A DNA stretch of 64,000 bases. It comes from an uncultured Saprospiraceae bacterium. Lineage in GTDB: Bacteria > Bacteroidota > Bacteroidia > Chitinophagales > Saprospiraceae. The notes beneath the pieces were generated by a model. It was given only the letters and a program-made list of their open reading frames with translations, did not search any database and was not told where the DNA came from. How positions within the stretch are numbered: the stretch's first letter is position 1; each line of letters starts with the position of its first letter. The position numbers and the translations under genes are program-made. Shown in pieces: positions 9,487 through 19,193 of this stretch. The stretch lies in contig CALLPN010000009.1 of assembly GCA_938015435.1 (NCBI GenBank), forward strand, positions 15,092 to 79,091. Direction: 5' to 3'.

Positions 9487-11841
9487 ATGTCAAATCAACA
9501 AACTGCCGTACATCAAAAAGTACCGTTCAGTCAAAAAGTAGCATTCGGAATTGGTATGCTTGCCAATCAAATGTTTCCTGCTGTGTTGGGCATTTTTATG
9601 GTAGTGTTAGTTCAAGACCTTGGATTTCCTGGATGGATGTGGGGTATAATCTATTTTTTTCCAAGAATTTTCGATGCATTTACAGATCCTATAATGGGAT
9701 ATATTTCAGATAATACGAAATCTCGATGGGGGCGACGAAGGCCGTATGTGATAATTGGAGCGATCGTAATGGGTGCCTCATTTATCATAATGTGGCAACT
9801 CTATAAGACAAGTGGGATAGATTATAATTTTGCTTATTTCATGTTTTGGTCTTTCATTTTCTACTTAGGAATAACCATATTTAGCGTTCCTTATGTTGCT
9901 ATGGGTTATGAGCTGAGTAATGATTTTCATGAGCGTACAAGCATTATGGCAACTGCCCAATTTCTAGGGCAATGGGCTTGGGTTATCGCTCCTTGGTTTT
10001 GGGTGATTATGTATGACCCCACATGGTTTGAATCTGCAGAAGTTGCCACCCGAACACTTGCCATTTGGGTCGGTGTCGTTTTTGCAATTTGCGCTATGAT
10101 ACCAGGTATATTTATTAAAAGTAAATCAACATTAAACGAAAATTATTCTCCGCTCAATTTAAAAAACATAGGAAATAGTTTAAAAGAAATAGGATCCGGT
10201 TTTGTAAGCGCTTTTAAAATCAAACCATTTAGAAAACTATGTATCGCAACTTTCTTTGTGTATAACGCATTTATGACGATTGCATCTTTTTCATTCTTTA
10301 TTATAGTATATCACCTTTTTGATGGAGATGCTGGTGCTGCAGGTATATGGCCTACCCTATTCGGATGTTTAGGAGCTCTAGGGACTACCTTTATGGTCAT
10401 TCCTATTGTAGCTCAATTGTCAAAAAAATTAGGTAAAAAGACCGCGTTTTTAATATCGCAAGGAATATCTATTGTAGGATATATTATGCTGTGGTTTCTA
10501 TTTGTTCCTGGCAAACCTTATATGTTCATTTTCGCCTTACCTTTTTTCTCTTTTGGGATTGGAAGCCTTTTCCTTTTGATGATGTCTATGACAGCTGATG
10601 TCATAGATCTAGATGAAGTCAATACGGGTCTACGTAGAGAAGGAATTTTTGGAGCGATCTATTGGTGGATGGTGAAATTTGGTTTTGCAATCGCAGGAGG
10701 TTTAAGTGGTGTTATTATGAGTTCCGTAGGTTTTGACTCTGGTGCTGCGGTTCAACCCGAAGGTGCAATTGATGGTCTACGCTTAGCTTTCTCAGGAATT
10801 CCAATAATGGGAACACTCATTGCTATGTATGTAATGCGCGATTATAGTGTTACAGAAGAAAGTGCTGGCGAAGTACGAAAGACATTGGATGCCAGGAAAA
10901 AATCACTTCAAAGGCCTAGCTCTTCTTCATATCTCGCAGGCAAACTAAATACATTCGTCAGTGGTGACCTTCAATCAAAATCAAAAACCGATGTTGATTT
11001 TAATGGCAAAACAAAAAGTGAAATTTCAGAACTATATATGCAATCCTTAGAAAACGGGCTTCATGGAATTTGCTTTAGTCCTTACTTAGAAGGTCAGAAT
11101 ATCGGTGACACCCTTACTGAATCTCAAATCGAGCAGCGCATGAAAATAGTTGCTCCTTATACCCAATGGATTCGTTCTTTTTCATGTACAGATGGCAACC
11201 AGCTCATTCCCAAAATCGCACATAAAAATGGACTTAAAACTATGGTTGGCGCTTGGATAGATAGCGATAAAGCTAAAAACGAAAAAGAGATTGAAGCATT
11301 AATTAGAGAAGCAAAAAATGGAAATGTTGATATTGCTGTCGTTGGCAATGAAGTACTATTGAATAACGAACTAACCGAACAAGAATTACTAGATTATATT
11401 CAAAGAGTAAAAGAAGCACTACCGAATATTCCTATAGGATATGTAGATGCTTATTTTCAATTTCATGAACGATCAAAACTCGTTGATATCTGTGATTTGA
11501 TTCTTGTAAATTGTTATCCATTTTGGGAAGGTTGTGATATAAACTATGCTTCCAACTATCTAAAAAAGATGCATGCCGTCACCAAGAAAGCATCTAAAGG
11601 CAAGCCCGTAATTATTACTGAAACGGGATGGCCAAATAAAGGAGGAAACACAAAGAATGCAAAACCAACTCCTGAAAATGCCATGAAGTATTTTATAAAT
11701 ACTAGTAATTGGGCTAAGGAAGAAGATATAAAATTATTCTATTTTTCATCATTTGACGAATCTTGGAAAGTACATCATGAAGGCGATGTGGGAGAACGTT
11801 GGGGGATTTGGGATAAAAATGAGAACCTTAAATATAGCTAG
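9487..11841 (+). CDS. GPH-family (MFS) glycoside:cation symporter fused to a C-terminal GH17 domain
   Basis: The N-terminal ~460 aa are polytopic and carry the GPH signature DAFTDPIMGYISDNTKSRWGRRRPY. After a Ser/Lys-rich linker, the C-terminal ~300 aa carry VVGNEVLL, IITETGWPNKG and FYFSSFDESWK. The domain is about half identical by eye to the next ORF. Confidence 0.85.
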   Translation: MSNQQTAVHQKVPFSQKVAFGIGMLANQMFPAVLGIFMVVLVQDLGFPGWMWGIIYFFPRIFDAFTDPIMGYISDNTKSRWGRRRPYVIIGAIVMGASFIIMWQLYKTSGIDYNFAYFMFWSFIFYLGITIFSVPYVAMGYELSNDFHERTSIMATAQFLGQWAWVIAPWFWVIMYDPTWFESAEVATRTLAIWVGVVFAICAMIPGIFIKSKSTLNENYSPLNLKNIGNSLKEIGSGFVSAFKIKPFRKLCIATFFVYNAFMTIASFSFFIIVYHLFDGDAGAAGIWPTLFGCLGALGTTFMVIPIVAQLSKKLGKKTAFLISQGISIVGYIMLWFLFVPGKPYMFIFALPFFSFGIGSLFLLMMSMTADVIDLDEVNTGLRREGIFGAIYWWMVKFGFAIAGGLSGVIMSSVGFDSGAAVQPEGAIDGLRLAFSGIPIMGTLIAMYVMRDYSVTEESAGEVRKTLDARKKSLQRPSSSSYLAGKLNTFVSGDLQSKSKTDVDFNGKTKSEISELYMQSLENGLHGICFSPYLEGQNIGDTLTESQIEQRMKIVAPYTQWIRSFSCTDGNQLIPKIAHKNGLKTMVGAWIDSDKAKNEKEIEALIREAKNGNVDIAVVGNEVLLNNELTEQELLDYIQRVKEALPNIPIGYVDAYFQFHERSKLVDICDLILVNCYPFWEGCDINYASNYLKKMHAVTKKASKGKPVIITETGWPNKGGNTKNAKPTPENAMKYFINTSNWAKEEDIKLFYFSSFDESWKVHHEGDVGERWGIWDKNENLKYS

Positions 11842-12750
11842 ATGTCATACAGAGAAAAACACAATTTCTTAGTTGCAAATACTAAATATACTAGTTACAA
11901 AGGAGTTGACTTCAGTAAATCTTCTGAAGAGGAATTAACGCGTTTATGGTTAGAGACACTTCAAAATGGCATGCATGGTTTATGCTTTAGTCTGTATGAA
12001 GATGGACAAAAACCAGGTGATATTATCACAGAATCACAGGTTCAAAAAAGGATTGATATCATCAAACCATATACCAAATGGATACGCTCGTTTTCTTGTA
12101 TTGAAGGTAATGAACATATTCCTCGAATCGCCAAAAAAAATGGTCTCAAAACTATGGTTGGAGCCTGGCTAAGTGATGATCTAGAACTCAATGAAGAAGA
12201 AATAGCCGGCTTAATAGAATTAGCAAAAGAAGGGTCTGTAGATATTGCTGCTGTTGGCAATGAAGTCTTGTATCGAAATGATTTAAGTAGCGAGCAACTA
12301 TTAGAATATATAAATCGTGTAAAGACAGCTATACCAAATATTGAAGTGGGTTATGTAGATGCGTATTATGAATTTACTCAACATCCAGAAATTGCGGAAG
12401 CATGTGATGTTATATTATCGAATTGTTATCCCTTTTGGGAAGGGTGTCATTTAGATGGAGCTTTGAATCATATGCAGCAGATGTATGGCCAAGCCACTGA
12501 TGCAGCAAATGGTAAAAAAGTGATAATAACAGAAACTGGATGGCCCAGTCAAGGAAGTAGTTACAAAGGAGCTATGTCCAATGCAACAAACGCTATGAAA
12601 TACTTTATTAATACTCAAGCTTGGTCTGCTAATGAAAATATTGACATCTTCTATTTTTCATCTTTTGATGAATCTTGGAAAGTGGGTGCAGAAGGAGATG
12701 TGGGTGCCTATTGGGGACTATGGGACAAAAACGAAAAACTGAAATTTTAA
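11842..12750 (+). CDS. GH17 family protein, no signal peptide (cytoplasmic paralog of the fused domain)
   Basis: Motifs AVGNEVLY, IITETGWPSQG and FYFSSFDESWK. The ATG directly follows the TAG of the upstream gene (TAGATG at 11839-11844). No hydrophobic N-terminus. Confidence 0.85.
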   Translation: MSYREKHNFLVANTKYTSYKGVDFSKSSEEELTRLWLETLQNGMHGLCFSLYEDGQKPGDIITESQVQKRIDIIKPYTKWIRSFSCIEGNEHIPRIAKKNGLKTMVGAWLSDDLELNEEEIAGLIELAKEGSVDIAAVGNEVLYRNDLSSEQLLEYINRVKTAIPNIEVGYVDAYYEFTQHPEIAEACDVILSNCYPFWEGCHLDGALNHMQQMYGQATDAANGKKVIITETGWPSQGSSYKGAMSNATNAMKYFINTQAWSANENIDIFYFSSFDESWKVGAEGDVGAYWGLWDKNEKLKF

Positions 12751-12816
12751 AGAAAGAAATAATACAATCTTCAACGGAAAGAAAAAATGACTATCTAACT
12801 TATATAATACAACTAC

Positions 12817-12848
12817 AGTCCTTGAGCAATCAAGGACTATTTTTTTTA
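12817..12848 (+). terminator. Rho-independent terminator closing the glucan cluster
   Basis: AGTCCTTGA-GCAA-TCAAGGACT (perfect 9-bp stem) followed by ATTTTTTTT. Confidence 0.8.
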
Positions 12849-12935
12849 ACGAAACTTAACCTGATTATCGAGCACTATTTGTTAGATTGATTCGTTACAC
12901 ATATAGACAAGATTAATTTTCAAAATGTATGACTT

Positions 12936-13961
12936 ATGGATACAAAATTGACTCTTAATTATCGCCTATTGATCATCAGTTTGCCCTTGGCACTAATCGG
13001 ATTTATAGTAATCTTGATCAATACTAAGTATTATCAAATCCATACTACCTCTTTAGCTGTACCTATTACATTAGATCTCGTACTGACTTTACCCGTCTTA
13101 TATTTTTTGCTGATCAGAAAAAAAGCAATACCAAAGATTACTGTGGCTTCTGTATTTGTGCTTAGTATCATAGCGGCCTCTTATATTATTCCTATTGCAG
13201 ATCAAAGTTTACTTTCTCAGATAAAGACTTATGCTATCCCAGCAATTGAGATAGTAGTATTGAGCTACGTCTTCATGAAAATGAGAGCCGTCTATCGAGA
13301 ATTTAAGTTCGACGCGAGTGCAAAGCCAGACTTTTTTGATGTACTTTATGATGCGACCCGCAAAGTATTACCTACGCCTCTTAACGGACTCATGGCTACT
13401 GAAATAGCCGTAGTGTATTACGCTATTGTAAACTGGCGCAAGAAGGAATCATATGCTTACAATGAATACACCTATCACACTAAGAATGGAATCTTCTCTG
13501 TACTATATGCTTTTATGGGTTTAGCTTGTGTAGAACTCATGGCAATGCATATGTTGATCGCAAAATACAGTCTCTTCTGGGCTTGGATAGCAACGGCTTT
13601 GACGCTGTATAGCCTACTACAAATATTTGCATTAATAAAATCTATGAGTCGTAGACCAATCATCCTCGATCATAAAAAAGGAATATTAAAATTGAGATAT
13701 GGATTTTTTAGTCAAGTAGATATTGAGCTCAATCAAATTAGAGAAATAGAATTGACTCGTAAATCTATTGCGGAAGATGATAAACAAACTATACCCTTAT
13801 CTCCTCTTGGTTTATTAGATTCTCACAACATAGTATTACATCTTGATAAGGAATATATTCTTACAGGATTCTATGGAATTAAAAAGAGCTTTACCAACAT
13901 AGCTATATATGCTGATGATCGAGAAAAACTAAACCAAGATTTATCTGAATATATTGGATAG
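12936..13961 (+). CDS. Polytopic membrane protein, unknown function
   Basis: 341-aa ORF with several hydrophobic helices in the first ~240 aa and a soluble C-terminal tail. No motif recognised. Confidence 0.6.
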   Translation: MDTKLTLNYRLLIISLPLALIGFIVILINTKYYQIHTTSLAVPITLDLVLTLPVLYFLLIRKKAIPKITVASVFVLSIIAASYIIPIADQSLLSQIKTYAIPAIEIVVLSYVFMKMRAVYREFKFDASAKPDFFDVLYDATRKVLPTPLNGLMATEIAVVYYAIVNWRKKESYAYNEYTYHTKNGIFSVLYAFMGLACVELMAMHMLIAKYSLFWAWIATALTLYSLLQIFALIKSMSRRPIILDHKKGILKLRYGFFSQVDIELNQIREIELTRKSIAEDDKQTIPLSPLGLLDSHNIVLHLDKEYILTGFYGIKKSFTNIAIYADDREKLNQDLSEYIG

Positions 13962-14024
13962 TCCAATACGATACTTTGACATGATAAGAAACCTATATCT
14001 CCTGATAAATAAAACCAAGACATC

Positions 14025-14708
14025 ATGAAGTCGAGTACATTAATTTTAATGCTATTTTTTTTCGGATTAAATATTTGTCATGCGCAATTCAGTGAAAAAG
14101 TAGATAAGCCAAAGGGTAAAAGATTCTTTTTAGGTGGATCTGTTAATTTTGCTCATTCTGAAAACCGTGGCTCTCAAATTTTGATAAATAGCACAACTAT
14201 AATTACAGGTAATAGTGCATCTGAAACCAGTACTTACAATATCAACCCAACCATTGGATTACAAGTGACTAAAAATTGGATATTTGGCTTAGATTTTTTA
14301 ATCAACAATAACAAATCCAATTTTGACAACAGTCCCGTGCGAACGCAAGAATCGTCTGGCAATTCTATCGGAGTATTTATTAGATATATTGTAAATCCAA
14401 ATAATAAATTTCAGATTTATGCGAGCCCCTATTTTAGAAAAACTTCATTAGAATCGAGCTTTACGTTTAATTCACAACAAACAGACCTTACCACAGAAGA
14501 AAGTAACAATTTAGGAATTTCAATTGGAGCACAATATGAAATTTCGAGTTGGTTAAGACTAACTACTAATATCGGAGGATTGTATTACACTACAGGCGCC
14601 ACTATAGCTTCCCGTACAAATTCAATTGAAGAAGAAATAGATTTTAGTTCTTTTGGATTCAATTTCAGAGGTTCTTCTATATACTTTGGAGCAGAATTTT
14701 TATTCTAG
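14025..14708 (+). CDS. Outer-membrane beta-barrel (porin-family-like) protein
   Basis: Signal peptide (LNICHAQ), alternating amphipathic strands and a C-terminal aromatic residue (GAEFLF). Confidence 0.6.
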   Translation: MKSSTLILMLFFFGLNICHAQFSEKVDKPKGKRFFLGGSVNFAHSENRGSQILINSTTIITGNSASETSTYNINPTIGLQVTKNWIFGLDFLINNNKSNFDNSPVRTQESSGNSIGVFIRYIVNPNNKFQIYASPYFRKTSLESSFTFNSQQTDLTTEESNNLGISIGAQYEISSWLRLTTNIGGLYYTTGATIASRTNSIEEEIDFSSFGFNFRGSSIYFGAEFLF

Positions 14709-14790
14709 AGGTTGGTGTCTTAATGGATATATGTTCTTGGAATCTATGTTTAAATGAATCCATGTGTTTTTAGTTTATTTAGGAGTTGTT

Positions 14791-14863
14791 TGTGTTTCGG
14801 AGTCCATGTGTTTCGGAGTCCATGTGTTTCGGAGTCCATGTGTTTCGGAGTCCATGTGTTTGC
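14791..14863. repeat. 16-bp tandem repeat TGTGTTTCGGAGTCCA x4 plus a partial copy
   Basis: Four exact copies at 14791-14854. Degenerate copies lie upstream (~14756) and a partial copy at 14855-14863. Confidence 0.9.
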
Positions 14864-14865
14864 TA

Positions 14866-14980
14866 CGCAAGCCACATTCTCACTCCGACTACGTGTTTTA
14901 CGAAAAAAGTAAAAGCACTAGGCTTCGCAAACCACATTCTCACTCCCACTACGTGTTTTACAAAAAACGTAAAACACTTG
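14866..14980. repeat. Two ~60-bp direct repeats, each with a GTGTTTTAC/GTAAAACAC hairpin
   Basis: Copies start at 14866 and 14926 (CGCAA[G/A]CCACATTCTCACTCC...). The second copy has a perfect 9-bp stem at 14953-14961/14969-14977. Confidence 0.85.
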
Positions 14981-15041
14981 CAAACCAACATATATTATTT
15001 TTATAAATATATAACACGCTGAATACTCTCACTAGAAAGTT

Positions 15042-15049
15042 TATCTTTG
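15042..15049 (+). promoter_or_regulatory. Candidate Bacteroidota -7 promoter box (TAnnTTTG) for the SulP gene
   Basis: TATCTTTG lies ~55-80 nt upstream of the candidate starts at 15104 and 15128. Confidence 0.35.
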
Positions 15050-15127
15050 CGTCCTTTTACCATAATTAACTCTAGTCGACAGAAAGACTAAAGATGATCC
15101 AAAGTGAACGATCAAATATCAGCCGCA

Positions 15128-16744
15128 ATGACAAGAAGAATATTCAACAACTTCACCGAAAACCCGAAGAACGACATACTATCAGGACTTACTGTTGCTT
15201 TAGCATTAGTGCCAGAAGCGGTGGCATTTGCATTCGTAGCAGGGATAGATCCTTTAGTAGGTCTGTATGGAGCGTTTATGATGGGAATAGTTACTGCCTT
15301 ATTTGGTGGTAGACCAGGAATGATATCTGGAGCGACAGGAGCCATGGCAGTAGTGATGGTACATATGATCGCCGTAGGTAATGAAGTGGGTGATACAATG
15401 GCTGTACCTATTAGCAACTTAGGCTTACAGTGGCTATTCATCACATTACTATTAGTTGGTGGTATCCAGATATTAGCTGGAGTATTTCGACTCGGTAAGT
15501 TTGTAAGACTTATTCCTCACTCTGTTATGATGGGATTTGTCAATGGATTAGCTATTGTAATATTTTTAGCCCAACTCGGCTTATTCAAAGAGAATGTAAA
15601 TGGTACTATGGAATGGATGACAGGATCTACCATGTACACAATGCTTGCACTCGTAGCACTCACCATGGCTATCATGTGGGGATTACCTAAATTAACAGAA
15701 AAAATACCTTCTGCCCTAGTAGCAATCGTAGTTGTAGCGGCAATAACAATATTTGGTGGACTAGACGTAAGTACTGTTGGATCATTTATCCAAGATGGTG
15801 GTGGTACTGGTCTTCAAGGTGGACTACCTACATTCCAGTCACAGGTATTCTCGATGTTTTCTACTATAGGTGATAACTGGCCACTGATCATATCTACGGC
15901 CTTTATATTAGCAGCGGTTGGTCTTATAGAGTCACTCATGACTCTTAATCTCGTAGATGAATTAACAGAAACTAGAGGAAGTGGAAACAGAGAATGCGTA
16001 GCGCAAGGAAGCGCTAACATCCTCAATGGTCTTTTTGGAGGTATGGGTGGCTGTGCTATGATTGGTCAATCTATCATTAATGTAGAAAGTGGAGGACGTG
16101 GAAGACTATCTGGAGTAGTGGCGGCAGTAGCCTTACTTATATTTGTACTCTTTGCCGCTCCGCTTATTGAGCAGATCCCTATTGCAGCATTAGTAGGTGT
16201 TATGTTTATGGTTGTGATCGGAACATTCGCATGGTCAAGTTTCCGTATCATCACTAAGATACCTCGTGCAGATGCATTTGTATTGATAGCAGTATCTGCG
16301 ATCACAGTATATATGGATCTTGCTATTGCTGTAATTGCAGGTGTAATTATCTCAGCTCTTGTATTTGCTTGGAAGAATGCAACTATGATTCGTGCTCGTA
16401 AGCGTATGAAGGATGATAACACGAAAGTATACGAAATCTGGGGGCCATTGTTTTTTGGTTCTATCCAAAATTTCAATGATAAGTTTGATCCTCGTAACGA
16501 TCCAGATAATGTAGAGATAGACTTTATCGAATCAAAGGTAAGCGATCACTCCGGAATAGAAGCCATGAGAGGAATAGCCAATAAGTATTTAGACTTAGGT
16601 AAGAGTGTAAAATTTACTCACTTAAGTCCAGAGTGCAAGATCTTACTCATGAAGGCTAATCCAAAATTTGCCACCGTAATCGAAGACTCTATTGATGATC
16701 CTAGATATCATGTGGTTACGGATTTACTAGATAGTGAAGTATAA
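15128..16744 (+). CDS. SulP family inorganic anion transporter with C-terminal STAS domain
   Basis: Typical SulP N-terminus (DILSGLTVALALVPEAVAFA), many TM segments and a STAS-like tail. The track ORF starts at GTG 15104; ATG 15128 is preferred. Confidence 0.85.
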   Translation: MTRRIFNNFTENPKNDILSGLTVALALVPEAVAFAFVAGIDPLVGLYGAFMMGIVTALFGGRPGMISGATGAMAVVMVHMIAVGNEVGDTMAVPISNLGLQWLFITLLLVGGIQILAGVFRLGKFVRLIPHSVMMGFVNGLAIVIFLAQLGLFKENVNGTMEWMTGSTMYTMLALVALTMAIMWGLPKLTEKIPSALVAIVVVAAITIFGGLDVSTVGSFIQDGGGTGLQGGLPTFQSQVFSMFSTIGDNWPLIISTAFILAAVGLIESLMTLNLVDELTETRGSGNRECVAQGSANILNGLFGGMGGCAMIGQSIINVESGGRGRLSGVVAAVALLIFVLFAAPLIEQIPIAALVGVMFMVVIGTFAWSSFRIITKIPRADAFVLIAVSAITVYMDLAIAVIAGVIISALVFAWKNATMIRARKRMKDDNTKVYEIWGPLFFGSIQNFNDKFDPRNDPDNVEIDFIESKVSDHSGIEAMRGIANKYLDLGKSVKFTHLSPECKILLMKANPKFATVIEDSIDDPRYHVVTDLLDSEV

Positions 16745-16812
16745 AAGTATTCAATCAGATCATTGACTCTCAGCTTCTAGAGGTTTAATAGAACTCTCAT
16801 AAAGCTGATATA

Positions 16813-16848
16813 AAAGAGAGGCTCTCGTACGGTACGGGAGCCTCTCTT
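16813..16848. terminator. Bidirectional hairpin terminator between convergent genes
   Basis: AAGAGAGGCTCTCGTAC-G-GTACGGGAGCCTCTCTT, a 17-bp stem with one G:U pair. It is flanked by A-runs upstream and a T-run (AATTTT) downstream. Confidence 0.7.
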
Positions 16849-16923
16849 AATTTTAAATAGAAATTATCAAATTGAGATATACATTTATCACCTCATCAAT
16901 AAACCTATTCTTGAAAATTAATA

Positions 16924-17214
16924 TTATTTCGCCATAGCTTTTTTGATCATTCCGATCACTGCCATAACTATACCGCCCCCAACGCCACCACTGGCTACGC
17001 TAGATATCATACTTCCAATGTCCATACCTCCGTCACCTGCGGCTGTTGCAGCTCCCACGCCCAACATACTAAGGACTGTGCCACCAATACCTCCACCAGC
17101 TATTCCAGCTACTGAATTCCATAATGTGCCTAACGAACTTCCTTTCATAAGTTTACCTGCAACATTACCACCGATTGCACCACTAATTAAATTGACAATT
17201 AAACCTAAATCCAT
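16924..17214 (-). CDS. GlsB/YeaQ/YmgE family (transglycosylase-associated) small membrane protein
   Basis: Gly-rich TM repeats (GAIGGNVAGKL..., GIAGGGIGGTV...). Start chosen at the internal MDLGLIV. Confidence 0.7.
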   Translation of the reverse strand: MDLGLIVNLISGAIGGNVAGKLMKGSSLGTLWNSVAGIAGGGIGGTVLSMLGVGAATAAGDGGMDIGSMISSVASGGVGGGIVMAVIGMIKKAMAK

Positions 17215-17382
17215 GATTATTTTGTTTTGATTAATAATGACAGTAATATACATTAATATTTAACTAATATAAAATATTTATTTTTGACAATGACCTAATC
17301 AGCACAATATTTGTTCCTTATGTAGCTTAACCTACCCCATCCAAATAATAGTCTTCCACATATATCGATCAATCACTAATTG

Positions 17383-17390
17383 TATATTTG
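17383..17390 (+). promoter_or_regulatory. Candidate -7 promoter box (TAnnTTTG)
   Basis: TATATTTG lies 20 nt upstream of ATG 17410. Confidence 0.35.
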
Positions 17391-17409
17391 TACCCATTAA
17401 CTATTATAG

Positions 17410-18237
17410 ATGAAATTCGTAAACCTTAAAATCACCATTACATCTACTCTATTACTCCTAGTAAGTCTAAGTACTTTATTGAGTCAAGAGGTGATCAAAA
17501 GTCCTTACGGCATCAAAGGTAATTTTTACATATACTATGGATGGAATGCGAGCTCATATAGTAATTCTGACATTAGCTTCCGAGGAGACGGTTACGACTT
17601 TACATTATCAGATGTTGCAGCCTTAGATCGACCATCTAAGTTTAGATTCGGATTATATCTCAATCCCAAGACATTTACCATACCGCAATATAATTTTCGT
17701 GTAGGATACTATGTAACAGATTACATAAGCATCTCCATTGGAGTAGATCATATGAAGTACGTAGTTACTAATGGACAATCAGTCAATATCACAGGAAGCA
17801 CAAAAGACATTAACTCCATTGAGACTTTCAACTATGGTAATGAACCTATAATTATCCGTAAAAACTTTGTGCAATTTGAGCATACCGATGGGCTTAATTA
17901 TATCAACATTGATAGTAGAATAAGCCATAGATTATTTTCTATTGGTCATCTGTCATTCGTGGGAGATATAGGTGCTGGCTTAGGTTTTTTGCTACCCAAG
18001 ACTAATTCTCAAATACTTGGAAGAAAGCGACATGATGATTTCCACATATCAGGTTTTGGACTCAATGCATTAGCAGCGATCGATATCAAGTTTTATGATA
18101 GCTTTTTTATTAAGACAGAAATAAAAGGAGGATACGTTAATATGCCTGACATTAGAACAACATCTGAACCAACCGATAGAGCAAATCAAAGTTTCTGGTT
18201 TTCGCAGCTAGCTTTAGTTTTTGGAGTGCAATTCTGA
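17410..18237 (+). CDS. Outer-membrane beta-barrel protein, unknown function
   Basis: Signal peptide, amphipathic strand pattern and a C-terminal Phe (VFGVQF). Confidence 0.55.
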   Translation: MKFVNLKITITSTLLLLVSLSTLLSQEVIKSPYGIKGNFYIYYGWNASSYSNSDISFRGDGYDFTLSDVAALDRPSKFRFGLYLNPKTFTIPQYNFRVGYYVTDYISISIGVDHMKYVVTNGQSVNITGSTKDINSIETFNYGNEPIIIRKNFVQFEHTDGLNYINIDSRISHRLFSIGHLSFVGDIGAGLGFLLPKTNSQILGRKRHDDFHISGFGLNALAAIDIKFYDSFFIKTEIKGGYVNMPDIRTTSEPTDRANQSFWFSQLALVFGVQF

Positions 18238-18389
18238 TTTTTATAATTCTATAATAATTAATTACACATCGTTACTTCACCATTTTTAGTGCAATTCTAA
18301 TTTTTCCAGCATCCATTTACAATTTCTAATTACTACATTTAGTGTATAATTCTGAAAATACATTCACAGACCCACTTCATAATAAAAAA

Positions 18390-19193
18390 ATGAAAGCCCA
18401 AATAGACTACAAGACAATAAATAAAGAATCTTGGAATCAAAGAACTGAAGTTCATTATGACTCTGCATTCTATGACAATAAATCTTTTATCGCTGGAAAA
18501 AATTCACTTAACAGTATTGAACTTGAACTCTTAGGCGATGTAACTGGAAAATCTTTACTACATCTTCAATGTCACTTTGGGCAAGATACTATTCAATGGA
18601 CTAGACAAGGATGTACAACTGCTACTGGAGTTGACCTATCTGACAAAGCAGTAGCACGAGGTACCGAGTTGGCCAAATTGTGTAAATCAAATGCAAAATT
18701 TGTTTGTTCTGATATATATGATCTACCTAATAACCATGAAGGTCAATACGATATAGTATTTACAAGCTATGGTACGATTGGATGGCTACCTGACATCAAC
18801 AAATGGGCGGAAGTCGTTAATCACTTTCTTAAGCCTGGAGGAAAATTTCTCATTGTAGATTTTCATCCCGCTGTATGGATGTTCGATGATAATTTCACTA
18901 AGGTCACTCACCGATACTTTAATACCGAACCGATTATAGAGGTCGAAGGCACATATACTGATGGTGATGAAGGAATGAAAACCAAATGTGTATCATGGAA
19001 CCATGGTCTTGGAGAAATCATCAATAGCCTAATCAATCAAGGACTTAATATTACTTCAGTAACTGAGTATGACTATTCACCATATGATTGTTTTGGAGAT
19101 AGCACTGTAAAAATTTCCGATCGTAAGTATAGAGTCAAAACTATGGAAGATAAATTACCAATGGTATATGGAATCATGGCTACGAAAAAATAA
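18390..19193 (+). CDS. Class I SAM-dependent methyltransferase
   Basis: Motif I-like LLHLQCHFGQDT, then VDLSD and acidic-loop motifs. ATG 18390 is preferred over the GTG at 18342. Confidence 0.75.
   Translation: MKAQIDYKTINKESWNQRTEVHYDSAFYDNKSFIAGKNSLNSIELELLGDVTGKSLLHLQCHFGQDTIQWTRQGCTTATGVDLSDKAVARGTELAKLCKSNAKFVCSDIYDLPNNHEGQYDIVFTSYGTIGWLPDINKWAEVVNHFLKPGGKFLIVDFHPAVWMFDDNFTKVTHRYFNTEPIIEVEGTYTDGDEGMKTKCVSWNHGLGEIINSLINQGLNITSVTEYDYSPYDCFGDSTVKISDRKYRVKTMEDKLPMVYGIMATKK

Noticed and set aside
15112-16476. Antisense ORFs within the SulP gene (15112-15444, 15814-16026, 16066-16476) and within the GlsB-like gene (16943-17230)
   Set aside because: They overlap strongly supported genes on the opposite strand. 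Their composition is typical of antisense reading of Gly/Ala/Ile-rich membrane proteins.
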